A DNA stretch of 64,000 nt, taken from Takakia lepidozioides (taxonomy: Eukaryota; Plantae; Bryophyta). Under the pieces are notes generated by a model, which was not told the origin of the DNA, did no database searches, and saw only the letters and a program-made list of their open reading frames with translations. The stretch lies in the NCBI GenBank assembly GCA_030704615.1, contig CM060732.1:59396001-59460000 (forward strand), given 5' to 3'. Position numbers and translations under genes: made by a program. Below are positions 13,601 to 25,554 of this stretch, piece by piece (positions within the stretch are counted from its first letter, which is position 1; each line of letters opens with the position of its first letter).

Positions 13601-14535
13601 GTTATTTCATGTGTAGGTATTTTAGGCTTTTGAGGATTTGGGGGAGGGTTGGACAACCACATTGTCTTGGTTCCGGCCATTAGACCGGGAAGACAATAGT
13701 TCTTCGGGTGACACCATGAGTTACGTTTCTTTTCGACAAAAGTATTCTTCTCTTGATAGAGTTGATTTTTAAGTTTTTGATTTTTGTTTTTTGAAGAAGT
13801 GACATTATCAACCCACATTGCATACTATCAAGTTTCAAGTTTCAACCTTTCGATGCAAAAAGATATTCGAAATGATTATAGCACAATGGTTAGGGCGTTA
13901 GGGCACAAGGTCATCTCACAAATGGACTACTGCCTTCTAATTTGTCACTACTACTAGAGGTGTGGAACAATGTGAAGCCTGGTTCTAGTGACCAAACTGA
14001 AAAGTCAGAGACTAGTTTTAGCGTACAGCTGGAATATGGTCCCCAAGTGTCACGTCATCATCATTTTATGTCAAGGCTGCCCAAACTGCCCAACTTACAT
14101 CCATCTGTAAATATGGATGAAATATCCCAGCTACACCTTTCTTGAACTAATTGGAAAACTGCATCTAGAGGTGCTAAGCATCCAAACTCTTTGCCTTGGG
14201 CAGGCAGGGCCAACAAAATATTACCTTGTGAACAAGGTATCACACTTTGGTTTCTCTAAGTTCCTACAGATGTGTGGACCCAATCCATGATGGCAAAGTG
14301 TATTGACAATTTGCATAATGGATTGGCAGTTTTTTGAGTTCAGATGGAGGAAAAAAAGAGAGTCTTTTGCAACATTATACAACCACTCCTAACCAGTAAA
14401 CCCACTGGCAATTGTAATGGGGCTAATCACTATACATGCCGGTCTCTTTCTAGCATCCTAATCGATGCAACCTCGAGGAACTCAAAAGGAAATGCAAAGC
14501 CTTTTATTTTTGCATGGTGCATTGGGCATGCAGCT

Positions 14536-17500
14536 TCACTTCCAACTCTGCCGTTTCATAGCATCAAGCTGCTTCAGGAGATCCTGAAGCTCAGAACGTA
14601 GGGGTAGCTTGAGTGCATGAAACTCCAGCTGTGCCTGGTGTAGCACCTGCACTGTGTCACGGCGTTTGTGAAAGCGGTCCTCTGCCTCCTTTATGCGTAG
14701 CTTCAGAAGCTTGCATTGAAACTCCTGCTCAATCTTCTCAGCCTTAGCCAACACAATGCGCTGCAGTCCCTCTGCTTCGCGCCGTGCCTCATCAGCACGC
14801 ACTGCAAACATCTTTGCCTCAGCCTGCTTAATACGCACGATGCTCTCCAGCTCCTCTATCTGGGCTTTCTTGCGCTCTCGCTCCTGCTGCAGCTCTGCAG
14901 CCTCCTGTCGCTTCTCCTCCAACTCTGTATCATATGTATGTAATGCTGCCCGTGCACGGTCCAGTGTGTCTCGTGTGCTCTTCTGTTGACTACTGCCCGC
15001 AAGTGTTTGGGGAATAACGGCTTCCTTTGTTGCACGTGGTGTCCAACTTGAACCCCCATCTGCATCCCCATCTTTACTCCCCATCCCAGCTGCGGCGTCA
15101 GCTAAACCCTGCAAGCACAACTTAAAATGCCCTAACCTCATCTCCTACCCTCAAATGGAGAAGGCGACATCACCAGCGCAAAAAGGGGGTCTGTAATGAC
15201 GTGCAAATTCTAGACATTCAGGGAGCTCCTATGAATGCCACATTTCCTCACTTTTCAGATAATCACAGTTGAAGTGCGTCCAGGAATGCTAATATCAAGG
15301 AAATGGCCATCGCTGATAGCAAGGTGGGATTGCAAGACCACCCTGCAGGGTATGACAAGCACACATGTGCCTGAAAGCCCAACCAAGAGTTGTCCTGGCA
15401 CAAAAGCACACATGAGGATACGTGGTGCCTGGCCATCTAAATTACCTGACATGGAAAGCGAGACAAGGAATTACATATTTTCAAGGGGGCTTTTTGACAG
15501 ACACATACCCACTGACCCTAAAGGCCTAGGTCTGCCCAGTGCTGCTAGATGCTTGCCTGATAGGCCACTTGACCAAGATATCCAAGGGACATTGAAGTTT
15601 ATCTACCAATCGCAAAAATATGATGTGCACACAACATAGTTACACACGCTTTGTGACTCTACCAGAGTGACTCTACGCTTTGTCACTCTGGTAGAGTCAC
15701 TCTGATACCACAAAACTCATTCCAAGAAAAGCTGGCGACCTCCTTATGCATTCCTCAAAGCTCCTGAAGTTCGAGTCCTTACGGTGGACCATAAGGTGTC
15801 CTCGTGACAAAGGAAATAACCCTACTTTTGTCCCCAAATCACACGGCAAGCTACAAGAGTTCAGCCCATCAAGATCTTTTAAGGACGGGGAAGAAAGGAT
15901 TGCAAATTGCCCAAGTCACTAGTCCTCGAATAAGGATAGGTGTCACAAACAGCCACATACCAGCAAAGAAGCGCAACATGGTTTGGCAGACGAAGGCTGG
16001 ATCAACCTGCGCATCAAGCTGCTGCAACATCAACTCTGCCTTACTGCACAGCTGCTGCCCACGTGTATCCTTGCTGCCATGGAAGATGCGGCGAACACAG
16101 TCAAGCTCAATAGCTAGAACATCCCGGGCCCATTGTGGTGCACACGAGCAGAAGACATCCTTAACAAACCCATACAGTTCACTGGTATGGCCACATGCAT
16201 CACAGCGGAACTGCATCTCAGAGGTGCCAGCAGCACCGCGGATGCTGGGGCCAGGAGAAATGTAGGCCATGCGCATGCCGCAATCAGTGTGGCACCAGTG
16301 CAGGCAGAAATCACACCCAATCCAGCGGCATGTATTGGCATCAAAGTCAAACTTGGAGCAAACCACACACATACACGAATTACAGAATCCTGTCTTTTGA
16401 GTACAAACTTTGCAATCACAGTCATCAGCTGGCAGCTGACTTTGGCAGGAATAGTTGCGACATTTGGTGTTCAGAATGATTTCAATCAAAGCCGAGTGGG
16501 TTAATGGCATGTCAGGGTACAAAAAGACCGCCATTCCTGTCTTGACTGCCACCAAAAGCTCCAATTGATTGCGATGTGCCCGCAGCAGAGTTTCCGTGGT
16601 AAGATCAGAACGTGCTGCCAGCGTTTGCTGCAGCAACACAAACTGCTGCCGCTTCTCAATATTGCCCAGCATGTCACGTGCACTCTCCTTCAACCCCTCC
16701 AAAAAGCTGTCAGGCAGCTCCTGCAGCTTCCGTGCCATCGAAGCAATTGGCTCTGACACTATTTCCTCCATTCCTATACTTGTGAAATGTCGCTCTGAGC
16801 CTGCTGCCCCTCTCTCCAACAGTCCCCTCTCCCTGGAAGCAGCCCTCTCAGCCTCAAAGGGCCTGTCCCGAGGGTGGGTGTCCCGGGAGCTGGCGCTGTG
16901 GGATGGTGAGGACCAAACTTCCCCCAGCTCTGCATGCCGCCATTTATTCTGCAGCTCCTTTCTCAGAGTGCGTCTAGCATCGGATGACTGCGTAGCTTGC
17001 AGTCCACTACCTGCTGCTGGAGGCTGATGACTGCCTTGCGATATGCCAATACTTTCAGAACCTTCATCCCCAACTTGGCCTCTCAATCGCTCACTACCAA
17101 GAGTACCTTGCAGGATTTGGGGGTTGTTCCCCGTCTGGAGAACCCTCTGATACAAAGGCCTCGGCTTCCGCCTATCATGTGCCAATGCTGCCAAGAACCC
17201 ATCATTCCTTTGGTTACTTCCGTAAGACAACTGCCAACTTCCATAAGAGCCTTGCTCCTTCACTTGTGAAATTTGCTGGCTCCCACACGATAACTCCTGT
17301 CTATCCAAGGAATTCTCAGTAAGGGAGCAGCTTGGGTTGTGATGGAAGGGGTGCGAGTGAGACAGGGAGAGAGAATTCGTGAAGCCGTTGGAGGGTGTGT
17401 TTGTATGACCAAGAGAATGAAAACTTCGGTTGTTTTCTGAAGGAGCGGGTCGGCTCGGTCTAGGATCGCCAGAAGAGAGAGAAAGTGATGTGTCTAGAGG

Positions 17501-18319
17501 TGTGTGGGGCTGTGCTAGAGTCAAGAGTGCACCACTTTCCACCCTTTGCTTTTTCTGCTTCTGTCGCTCCTCATCCTTCTCTTCCTCTCTTTCTCGCTCA
17601 TTCACTTTTCCACTCTCCCTTCTCATTTTCTCCCCCCCCAGTAGCTGTATTTCTTTGTCTGCTGCCCTTGCAATGTCTCTACCCTTCTCCTTATCTATCT
17701 TATCCTGTACCATGTCACCTTCACCTGCGCTTGCCAAGGTAGGCGTCCTCTCTTTCCCTCTAGCTCTTTCATAATCCCTAGACTCTTTGGCCTCTTCGTG
17801 CATCTCAAATGTTGCTGCTTCCTTCTCCTTCCCGACTCCGGTCTTGGGAACCCGTTCTGTCTCTATCACCTGATGCTCTACTTTCACTGCAATTTTCTCG
17901 AGACCTTGACCGAGCAGCTTGTCTGCAACCGCTACCTCAATTGGCATTGAGACCTCCTTACCATTACTGCCTGCCTGATGCATTCCTCTCACCTCTTCAG
18001 TCATCCCCGCCTCTCTCACATCTCCAAACCTTTCCTTTCCAGTCTCCTTGCTCTGGCCCTCAAGCTCTTGGCCTTGTCCTCTCCCCATTGCATCCTCCCC
18101 ATCAGGTTCAAGCTCCCCTTCCTCCATCTCACTGCTGACATCTGACTCCAAGATCGTCGCTTTGGGCCGGCTACTCTCCTTTCTCTGTTCCCTCTCCACT
18201 GCCTTCCCTTCCAACCCTGTTGTGTCTGAGGACTTGCCCACCATTTCTTTCTCTGTTCTCTCCCTCTTACTTCTAAATGGGTGGGTATCTGCCACTTCGT
18301 CCCTCCCATCCATTCCCAT
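14536..18319 (-). CDS. OBE3: OBERON3/4 (TITANIA)-like PHD finger and coiled-coil protein, at least 2 coding exons
   Basis: Long exon 18319-15961 has HHNPSCSLTENS (OBE3/4-type motif) and the OBERON PHD KCRNYSCQSQLPADDCDCKVC..GFCNSCMCVVCSKFDFDANTCRWIGCDFCLHWCHTDC. Donor is GTATGT at 15960. The last exon (about 15101-14536) has ELESIVRIKQAEAKMF..RADEARREAEGLQRI. An in-frame join needs the AG at 15103-15102, so the acceptor is uncertain. OBE3 versus OBE4 is not resolved. Confidence 0.9.
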
Positions 18320-20205
18320 ATGATATCACTTTAGATATGGAGCCTTTGTCGAGACGCCTGCCTTAAAAGGTACATTGGCGGTGATCAAACTGCTTGACCC
18401 CCTTGTCTCTGTACGCACGACCATCCCTGCCAGATGGTCTGGAATCCTTTGAATGACCGTGATCTTGAATTGCTATGGTGAGTGTTGCGGAACGGGCAGT
18501 GCAGGCTACTTACTGGCCGCGAGTGTAATTCAAGAAGGTGGACCTTGTGGAGTTTGACTTGTGGCGGTGTCGGGTTTTGTAGTATAGGGTTTGACTTGTG
18601 GAATTAGTGTGTTCGTCGGGACTCGGGAGCAGAGCAATTGGTATGCGATCCTAGGGCATCATAGCGCTTATGTAGCTTCGAGGAATTGTATGCTGCTAGC
18701 GACCATAATTAGAGCCGGGTATTATGAATCCTGTGATACCGTTGCTGGCTTGATGGCGGCCTTGATGACTGCTGTTTGTGGCTTGTGAGTGTCAGAGTGG
18801 TTTTCTCCACCGCCAGAGGCATACTGCGGAATTGGGTGTTCCTCCACCTCTACCCCGTCTCTATCACCCTGGGTCTTGGCCACACTGGTCTTCACTTCAT
18901 CCCTTTTCTTCTGAGGAGACAAGGCGTGATTTTCTTGCTATGGAAATGGAGATGAAACATATAACGTAGACGACAACAATGGCTACCATTCCAAGCTTGT
19001 GGACTGTCTATCTTCTTCACGTATGTTGGTCTTTACATTTTGTTCTGGAAATACGAGCGAGGCAGATGCAAGATGAGCATGCCAGCTCAGTTCTTCTTTT
19101 CTGTTATAGCTCTGACTATGGCACACATGCACGAGACTATGTGGTGAAACAATGGGATGTGCCGGTAACAAGAGTTGATGAACTGGAGAGGAACTATCTC
19201 GTGAAATGACAGAGAACATTGCCTTCACGGATGCAACAAGAGGTCCGGAAACAGTGAAATGCCTTCTTGGATGCGAGCAAAAGTCTATGATAGAGAGATG
19301 TGAAGCTATAAAATCTGGCGGGCAGCATTGCGCGCTTGGAGTGGTCGGGAGTGTGTGCGATGCTTCCACATTCAGTGTCTACTTCTCTCCACCCCTCTGC
19401 TTTCCACTCTCCCAGGTAAGCTCCTCCGCAGCCTGCCCATGTTCTAGTTAGCTACTGCTGTCTAGATGAGCTGTTTTCTAAACTCAGCAAATGAGCTGCT
19501 AGAAATGTTCTCTTTCTTTGTATCTTGTTTCTATCTTTCGGCCTTTATCTCTATCAGTGTTACTCTGCTTGCAATCAGGGTCCTTTTGGCTTTTCAATTT
19601 TGCAAAAATTAGACTGCATCCGTGAGGAAGTTCGGCGGGAATTGAAGTGTAGGTGTTGTCTACAAGAACTGATAAATTTATGATACTCTCTCCTATTCTA
19701 TGCCACAGAAGCACCATGCATTTGCTTGAGACTTTTTGATACTTTGTGACTATGATAAAGACCAGTGTTGCATTGTCTCAACAAGAAGAAAACCAAAATG
19801 AAATACTAAAGCTACAAGGTGGTGATGTTCGCTCAAAGGACTGCTGAGACTGAGATCATGTGCCCATATAATGATACTGATTGTAGTACTAGAAGCTTTG
19901 TCTCTCTCTCTTAGGGGGCTAATGACGTCCCGTCCCTAGAACTCTTATCAGAATGTGAGACTAATTACTGAATGATGTCCAATTACACTAGTTCAATAGG
20001 ACTTGATGCCTGAACAAATCAACCACAAAAAAGAGGCGGTTGATAGCTCTGGTCTGTCAAAGATAATCACTGAGAATCTCCTGTCCAATGGTACTATCCT
20101 CTTATTAATTGCTGTTTTCTGCTGCAGCATACCCTGCACCAATGCAAGATGAATCTTGAGACACAACTCGTTAACATCATCTATCTGGCAATTTATTGCA
20201 GCTCT

Positions 20206-22678
20206 ATGGCTTTTGAGACGAGCTTGGCCATTTGCCAGAATTTCCAAACCCTGCAACGGAAATGTATGCCATTTCAACCTCCCATACGCTTTAAGCTATG
20301 TTCGATTGATAATGTGGTTACAACACAGATGAGAGGTGGATACAAGCTGAGGTCCTTTGTTATTGAAACGCTTGCAGCAACAGGCTTTTTTCTTGGAGAA
20401 GTTGGCCGAAAAGACTCGGGTTGTAGATCTTTGCGCAAATCAATACTTACTATAGCCAAAGCAAGTAGCTTAAGCTTGGAAGGTCATAGTTTGTGCGATG
20501 ATGGAGATCAACTGAAGTCTAGTGATGAAGCAATTAGTGGTGAAAATGCACTGGATCTGCAAGGAGTGTGTGCGGTTTGTGAAAGACTGGAGAAATCCCA
20601 GGGTTCTAATAACGAAGCAATTAGAGGCCATAGTTGCCAAGACATGGTATCACCCAGTAACACAAGACATTTACCAAATCTTTCTTGGCGAGAAGTTGTG
20701 GAGAACATGTGCCGGACATCAGACTCAGAGGGGCAGCGGAGTTCTTTGCAAAAATCAGGGCAGCAGGGATGGCTGAAAAGAGTTAAAGTTGGTCGACGGG
20801 CAATGTTGTTGAAAGCCGGGGCAACCTATGGGCTAGGTAGAAGTTGCCAGTGTTGTAGAGAGGCCATAGCCTCAGAGTGGGGCTATGGAGGTCCAAGTGG
20901 ACCAAAAGAATGGGGGGGGATGTGTGCGACTGGACCTCGGCAATCACCGGTTGATGTTCCAGTCAGTAATTTACAAGAAGGGGAGGCTCTTGGGGAGCTT
21001 CTGTTTGAGTATAAAGCTAGCTCTCCTTCTTTCCAAAACACTGGCCATGGCACCATGCAGGTAGGCATGCTTTTTGAACTCTTTGTCTGCTTCTGTGTTA
21101 GTGCCCTCAGGAAGCAGCTCCAAAGTCAGTATGCTCTCATTCTCTTCATAAACACAGGTGGAACAGAGACCAGTCCTCAAACTGTGCACTCTTTTTGATC
21201 TCTCATTCCTTACTTGCTGAGCATCTGTATTTTGGCAGGTTAACTATCCACTGGGACAGTATATGCTGCATGTTGGAGGAAGGGAGCTGCAACTGCTACA
21301 GTTCCATTTCCATACTCCTTCAGAGCATGCATTTGATGGGTTTCGCTACCCCATGGAGGCCCACTTGGTACACCGTATGCCCCTTCCCCATCCTGGTTTG
21401 ATTGATCTCATATTGTCTAGGAAATTTTACTTGGTAAATGTGTGGCAATATAATTCGGAAGTTTTGAGATATTCTCAAGTTAGAGAGACACCTCTACAGA
21501 TAGATGAGGTGGAAGGGGTAGTACGGGATGGGGAAGAGCAGGTTGGGGCCAATACACTGCCGTACCTGCCATTTAGTTGTGAACTCACTTTAAAACAAAG
21601 TTTTATTTTGGCCTCCCAAAAGCTCTTCACACAGCGTCAACATGATCCAAGAATGCACCCGAGAAAAAAAACCAAACCAAGGAAGAGCAGGAAGGTGTTG
21701 GGGTTCTATGACCTGAAGGACTGATAGAAGAATTTATGTGCATGCTGCAGGCGATGTGACCAAGAATACGCTCGCAGTTGTTGGGTAAGTGTCACCCACG
21801 TATCTCCGCTTTCCGCTCTTCTTTTCTCCCTATTGAGTCCCAAACGGGTGCCGCGACTATTTTCAAAGGATTTAATATACACAATCTCCTGCAACGTACA
21901 TTCAGTGGGTAGACATAATTATGACTTCTAAATGGAAAAGAGAGCATCCCTGTGGTTTATGTATTTGGGTTTGTTTAGATTACTTAAGTTATGATGATTT
22001 CAGATGAAAGTCGATACCAAGAAAACCCTCCGTTGACTGAAGAAGTCATCTGCAAGAAAGTCCCAAGTCCCTTATATCCTCTGGATTGAAACGAGACGAG
22101 GTTGGTGCACAATGCAGGGTAATGCTGGACACCAGTGGCGATGCGTTCCCAAATAAGTGCCTCGCAGCAGCTCTCCGATACTCACCCGTAGAACACAGCA
22201 AAGTTTTGTAAGTTCCATCTCTCTCTCTCATTTCCCAGCTGTACATGCCTTGTTGTGTATCTGCATTCATAGTCACCCTTGGCTAAAGGAGATAGGTAAT
22301 TAACAGCTACAAGTGGAGGACTTCATGCAAAGTGGGAAGTTGATTTTATTAATTCGAATTCATACTAATTCAGCCACTCTTGGACAGAATTCTCCCTTGC
22401 GGTTCCATTTGCTGTGCAAGATTCAACTCCTTGATCTTGACATTTAATGTGCACATCTGAAACAGGCAGTACACCTTGTAACATGTGTACTCAAATTGAT
22501 TGGAAGCAGATGAACAACAACAATTCCAAAGAAGTAATTGCATTAAATGGGCTAAGAAGGTATGGAAGGACAGTCCACTTGGAACAGCAGTTGAACTCAT
22601 GAAATGTCACTTATCTGCAGGACTGTGCCATATGTGCAATTGTCTGCTGCTTACCTTCTCCCTCCCGCAAATAAGAAG
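20206..22678 (+). CDS. Alpha carbonic anhydrase, CAH3-like thylakoid-lumen type; coding exons 1-5
   Basis: Exons 20206-21060, 21239-21374, 21751-21784, 22118-22207 and 22621-22678 join in frame across GT-AG introns. They give GRRAMLL..EAIA/SEWGYGGPSGPKEWGGMCATGPRQSPVD, NTGHGTMQVNYP, QFHFHTPSEH and MEAHLVH (three Zn histidines), LAVVGVML and LLPP. A likely 5' UTR intron spans 19416-20201. Confidence 0.9.
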
Positions 22679-22874
22679 GTAATTTGTCACGCGGTCTTGG
22701 TTAGAAGCTGAGGTGGCTTCCTCGGATGCATTAACTGTTAAAGCTATTCACAGCCGTACATCTTGTCACTGTTTGATCCACATCTTTAAGATTTTCTCTT
22801 CACAGGAGCAATCCTTATTCATAATTCCCCCTATTTCAATCAACCCAATCTTCACATTTTACTTTGAAAGTCTC

Positions 22875-23165
22875 AAGGCTGAGCCAAAAGTTCAGGCCCC
22901 TTTTGGGCCCTGTTGTTGGGCAAACAACACACAGCAGATTGATGCTTGTGTAAAGGGCTTTCTAGAGGATATCTGGAAAACTCAGATCAATTGTCTGTTC
23001 TGTCATGCTACCGGTGTCAGCCCTTGACAAAGGTAGTTTCTGTCCCTATGTGTTCCGCTCAAACTGAGCGCGGGGTCAATGGCCACAAGGCTACGGCAAA
23101 AACAAACGTCTTATGAGGGGTCAATGGCCACAAGGCTACGGCAAACAACGTCTTATGAGTACATC
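22875..23165 (+). mobile_element. LINE 3' end copy in intron 5 of the carbonic anhydrase
   Basis: Reverse complement of about 1100-1350 (QIDACVKGFLEDIWK; GGCCACAAGGCTACGGCAAA), with an internal ~40-bp tandem duplication. Confidence 0.75.
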
Positions 23166-23214
23166 TTCACATGTTCTTCAGGGCTGGCTTCATGACAGAC
23201 ATTGAATTAAAAAA

Positions 23215-23405
23215 TGCATAGCATTGTGGCCAGCAGAACAATGAGAGAAACATAGCATTGTGGCCAGCAGAACAATGAGAGAAAATGTACTCATGCACAT
23301 TCCCTGTGAACGTTGGTTTGCCATAGAGAGAATGTAGTCATAGGACGTTGTTTGCCGTTGCTTTGTGGCCATAGAACCCGCGCCCAGTTTGGACAGAAAT
23401 AGGTA
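23215..23405 (-). mobile_element. LINE 3' end copy in opposite orientation, fused to the truncated last carbonic anhydrase exon
   Basis: Matches about 1040-1190 in the same orientation and contains a ~30-bp tandem duplication (CATAGCATTGTGGCCAGCAGAACAATGAGAGAAA). Confidence 0.7.
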
Positions 23406-23435
23406 CTCATCGCCCACATACTTCATTGAATTCCA

Positions 23436-23859
23436 CTACTTGGGATGTTCATCGCCCACATACTTCATGAATTCCACTACTTGGGATGTTGGCACTTTCA
23501 GTGGCATTTCTGGAAAACAACACATTCCCTCCAAATAAGAAGAAAGCTTCAGATCTAGAAAACCCAATATGCCATGCAAAACCTCTCCCTCAAGACATAA
23601 TGGAGAACACGCGACAACATTATATCTCTTGCTCAAGGTAGATGTCTGCAATGTCCAATGGACCCCCATTGCGCTCCCCTTGAGTGGTCCCAAGAGAGTT
23701 GGAATCCTCTTGGACTCATACTTGCTGTTATTATTATGGTTCCATGAGGTACATCTTAAGTGGTGCATTCTGCTCACCGAGGAGAAACCAGTCAACTCCT
23801 TCAGAGCAAGGAGGCGTCGTGAGAGAGCCCACATAATGCATGTAGCCTCTACTGCCATT
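23436..23859 (-). pseudogene. Inverted 3' exons (6 and a truncated 7) of the CAH3-like carbonic anhydrase
   Basis: Exon 23859-23778 (TGCAG acceptor, GTGAGC donor) encodes NGSRGYMHYVGSLTTPPCSEGVDWFLL. The exon starting at 23509 (TTCCAG acceptor) encodes EMPLKVPTSQVVEFMKYVGDE, followed by a ~40-bp duplication and LINE sequence. Confidence 0.88.
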
Positions 23860-23947
23860 CTGCATGCAAAAAAATCTCCCGTCACATTAAGTGCCTGGAC
23901 GTTGGGCTTTGTGCTATTTCGTGCCTTTATTATGCTGAAACCCCACT

Positions 23948-24240
23948 GCGGGGTGACACCTGACAAGGTCACCTTCATCTGTTCCCAATGCATGCTCCAG
24001 CCTGGGAGTTGTGGATAAAGGACAAGAGGTTCATGTGGGTGCATCAACAAAACTGGAATAGTGCCAGATATTATGGTGGAGGCAGCCCCTGTTGACAGGT
24101 ATGCTAAATGTGATAGTGTCAAGGAGGCATGTCCAGTTTTCGACAGGTTTTCGACAACATGGCTCAACGAGATGTTGTGTCATGGAATGCGACGATTGCA
24201 GGATATACTCTGCATGGGTTTGCTATGGAGGCTTTCGAGA
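23948..24240 (+). pseudogene. PLS-class PPR gene fragment
   Basis: GVTPDKVTFIC, IVPDIMVEAAPVDRYAKCDSVKEACPVFDR and WNATIAGYTLHG, with frameshifts. Confidence 0.8.
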
Positions 24241-25179
24241 AATGTGCGTGCTAGAAATGTGTGACCTGACTATGGAGTCGGTTTAACAATCAAGGTCAGG
24301 CAAAAATGTGGACTCCCAAAGTAGGCCAGCCCTTTTGCTAGTTGCTTTCTCTGTAGGTCCTTCTATTCTTGCTAAAACCGGGTCACAACATTTGGAGGGT
24401 AGAACTCTACAGCAGCATTGAACTCTCCAATAACCTGACTAACAAGTTTTTTATTTGCCCGAAGGGAATTTCAAAGGATGTTGGATAATCGATAGTTGTT
24501 TTTTGAATGATTATGTCTGTTATCTTCTTGGCAGACCAGCATTTCTGAGGCGCCATTGCAGCTGTTGGCAAGTAGGAACTATGGAGGTGTGAGCGACTGC
24601 CTCCTATTGACGAAATGCTAAGAAGCAACTGCGAAGGGTTTTAAACCAGCTTTGGCCCCCAAAAGCACAAAACCCAAGTTGCCAGACAATTTTAGCAAGC
24701 TGCTAGTGCGACCGCGCTTGAGGGTGGTGAAGCAGGTTGGGTTCTTTTGCTTTTGAAGATTTTGAACCGCAAACATTAATTTACTTCTCCGTACACTCCA
24801 CCTTTTTTCTGAAGTCCTATTCTCCAATTGCAGACACAGGGGGAGCTGCAGATCAGCATTTAGAAACCTTATTGATGTGCTAAGGAATGTAGAAGCCTGC
24901 CACAAAGGCCTTGTGAACTTGTTCAGCCATGCCACGACAGCTAGCCTGCAAGCCATTGTTATGAAGGGCATTTAATCTTCTCATGACATCCACCAGGGAG
25001 AATCCCTGGTCAGGTAAGCTCTTTTTGTGAAGGTGTGAACGATACGTTTGATTATGCCGTGTTTCTGTTCTCTGCAATCTCTAGCACTGCCTATTGATTT
25101 CAGGGGGTTGTTACTTGGAAAGCCAGTCTCTAAGCCACTTGGAGCGCAAAACACTCCTATCAGATAAGCCATTAGGCAC

Positions 25180-25295
25180 ACAGGAGGGAAACATCACCAG
25201 CAGACCACCCCGTCACGAACAATCCACATACTGCACAGGGCAGCGGGTTCCACCAGGGCGACACATTGTGCACTTAACCAGCTGAGCTACCAGCC
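25180..25295 (-). mobile_element. tRNA-derived SINE-like head
   Basis: Minus strand reads GGCTGGTAGCTCAGCTGGTTAAG (A box) with a degenerate B box and no full cloverleaf. Confidence 0.4.
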
Positions 25296-25554
25296 GATGT
25301 GCGAGTCATTAATATAACTAGGGCTTCGCGTTGCTCCGCATAACTAGCGACGAATTCTGAGAACAACGTTCAATTTTCACAAATTTAGGTGGGTTTTCCC
25401 ATTTCATTGTTTGATGTAGCTACCTCTATCTATGCCCTAGAAGTGAGTCAAGGTGAACTCTTCTGTATTTTCCCCTTCGTTAAGCATTTGTTTCATCATG
25501 ACCGAAATCCGACTGTTTATCCGTTGCTCATCATTTTTTTTTTAATATTTTTAA

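Noticed and set aside
16114-18323. Antisense and alternative-frame ORFs over OBERON
   Set aside because: Shadow ORFs of a long coding exon.
23436-24167. 243-aa minus-strand ORF as a gene
   Set aside because: It is a chance read-through of antisense PPR sequence, introns and carbonic anhydrase exon 7.
25315-25350. Possible Helitron 3' end (minus-strand CTAG after a GC-rich stretch)
   Set aside because: The hairpin is weak and no 5' end or other copy was seen.
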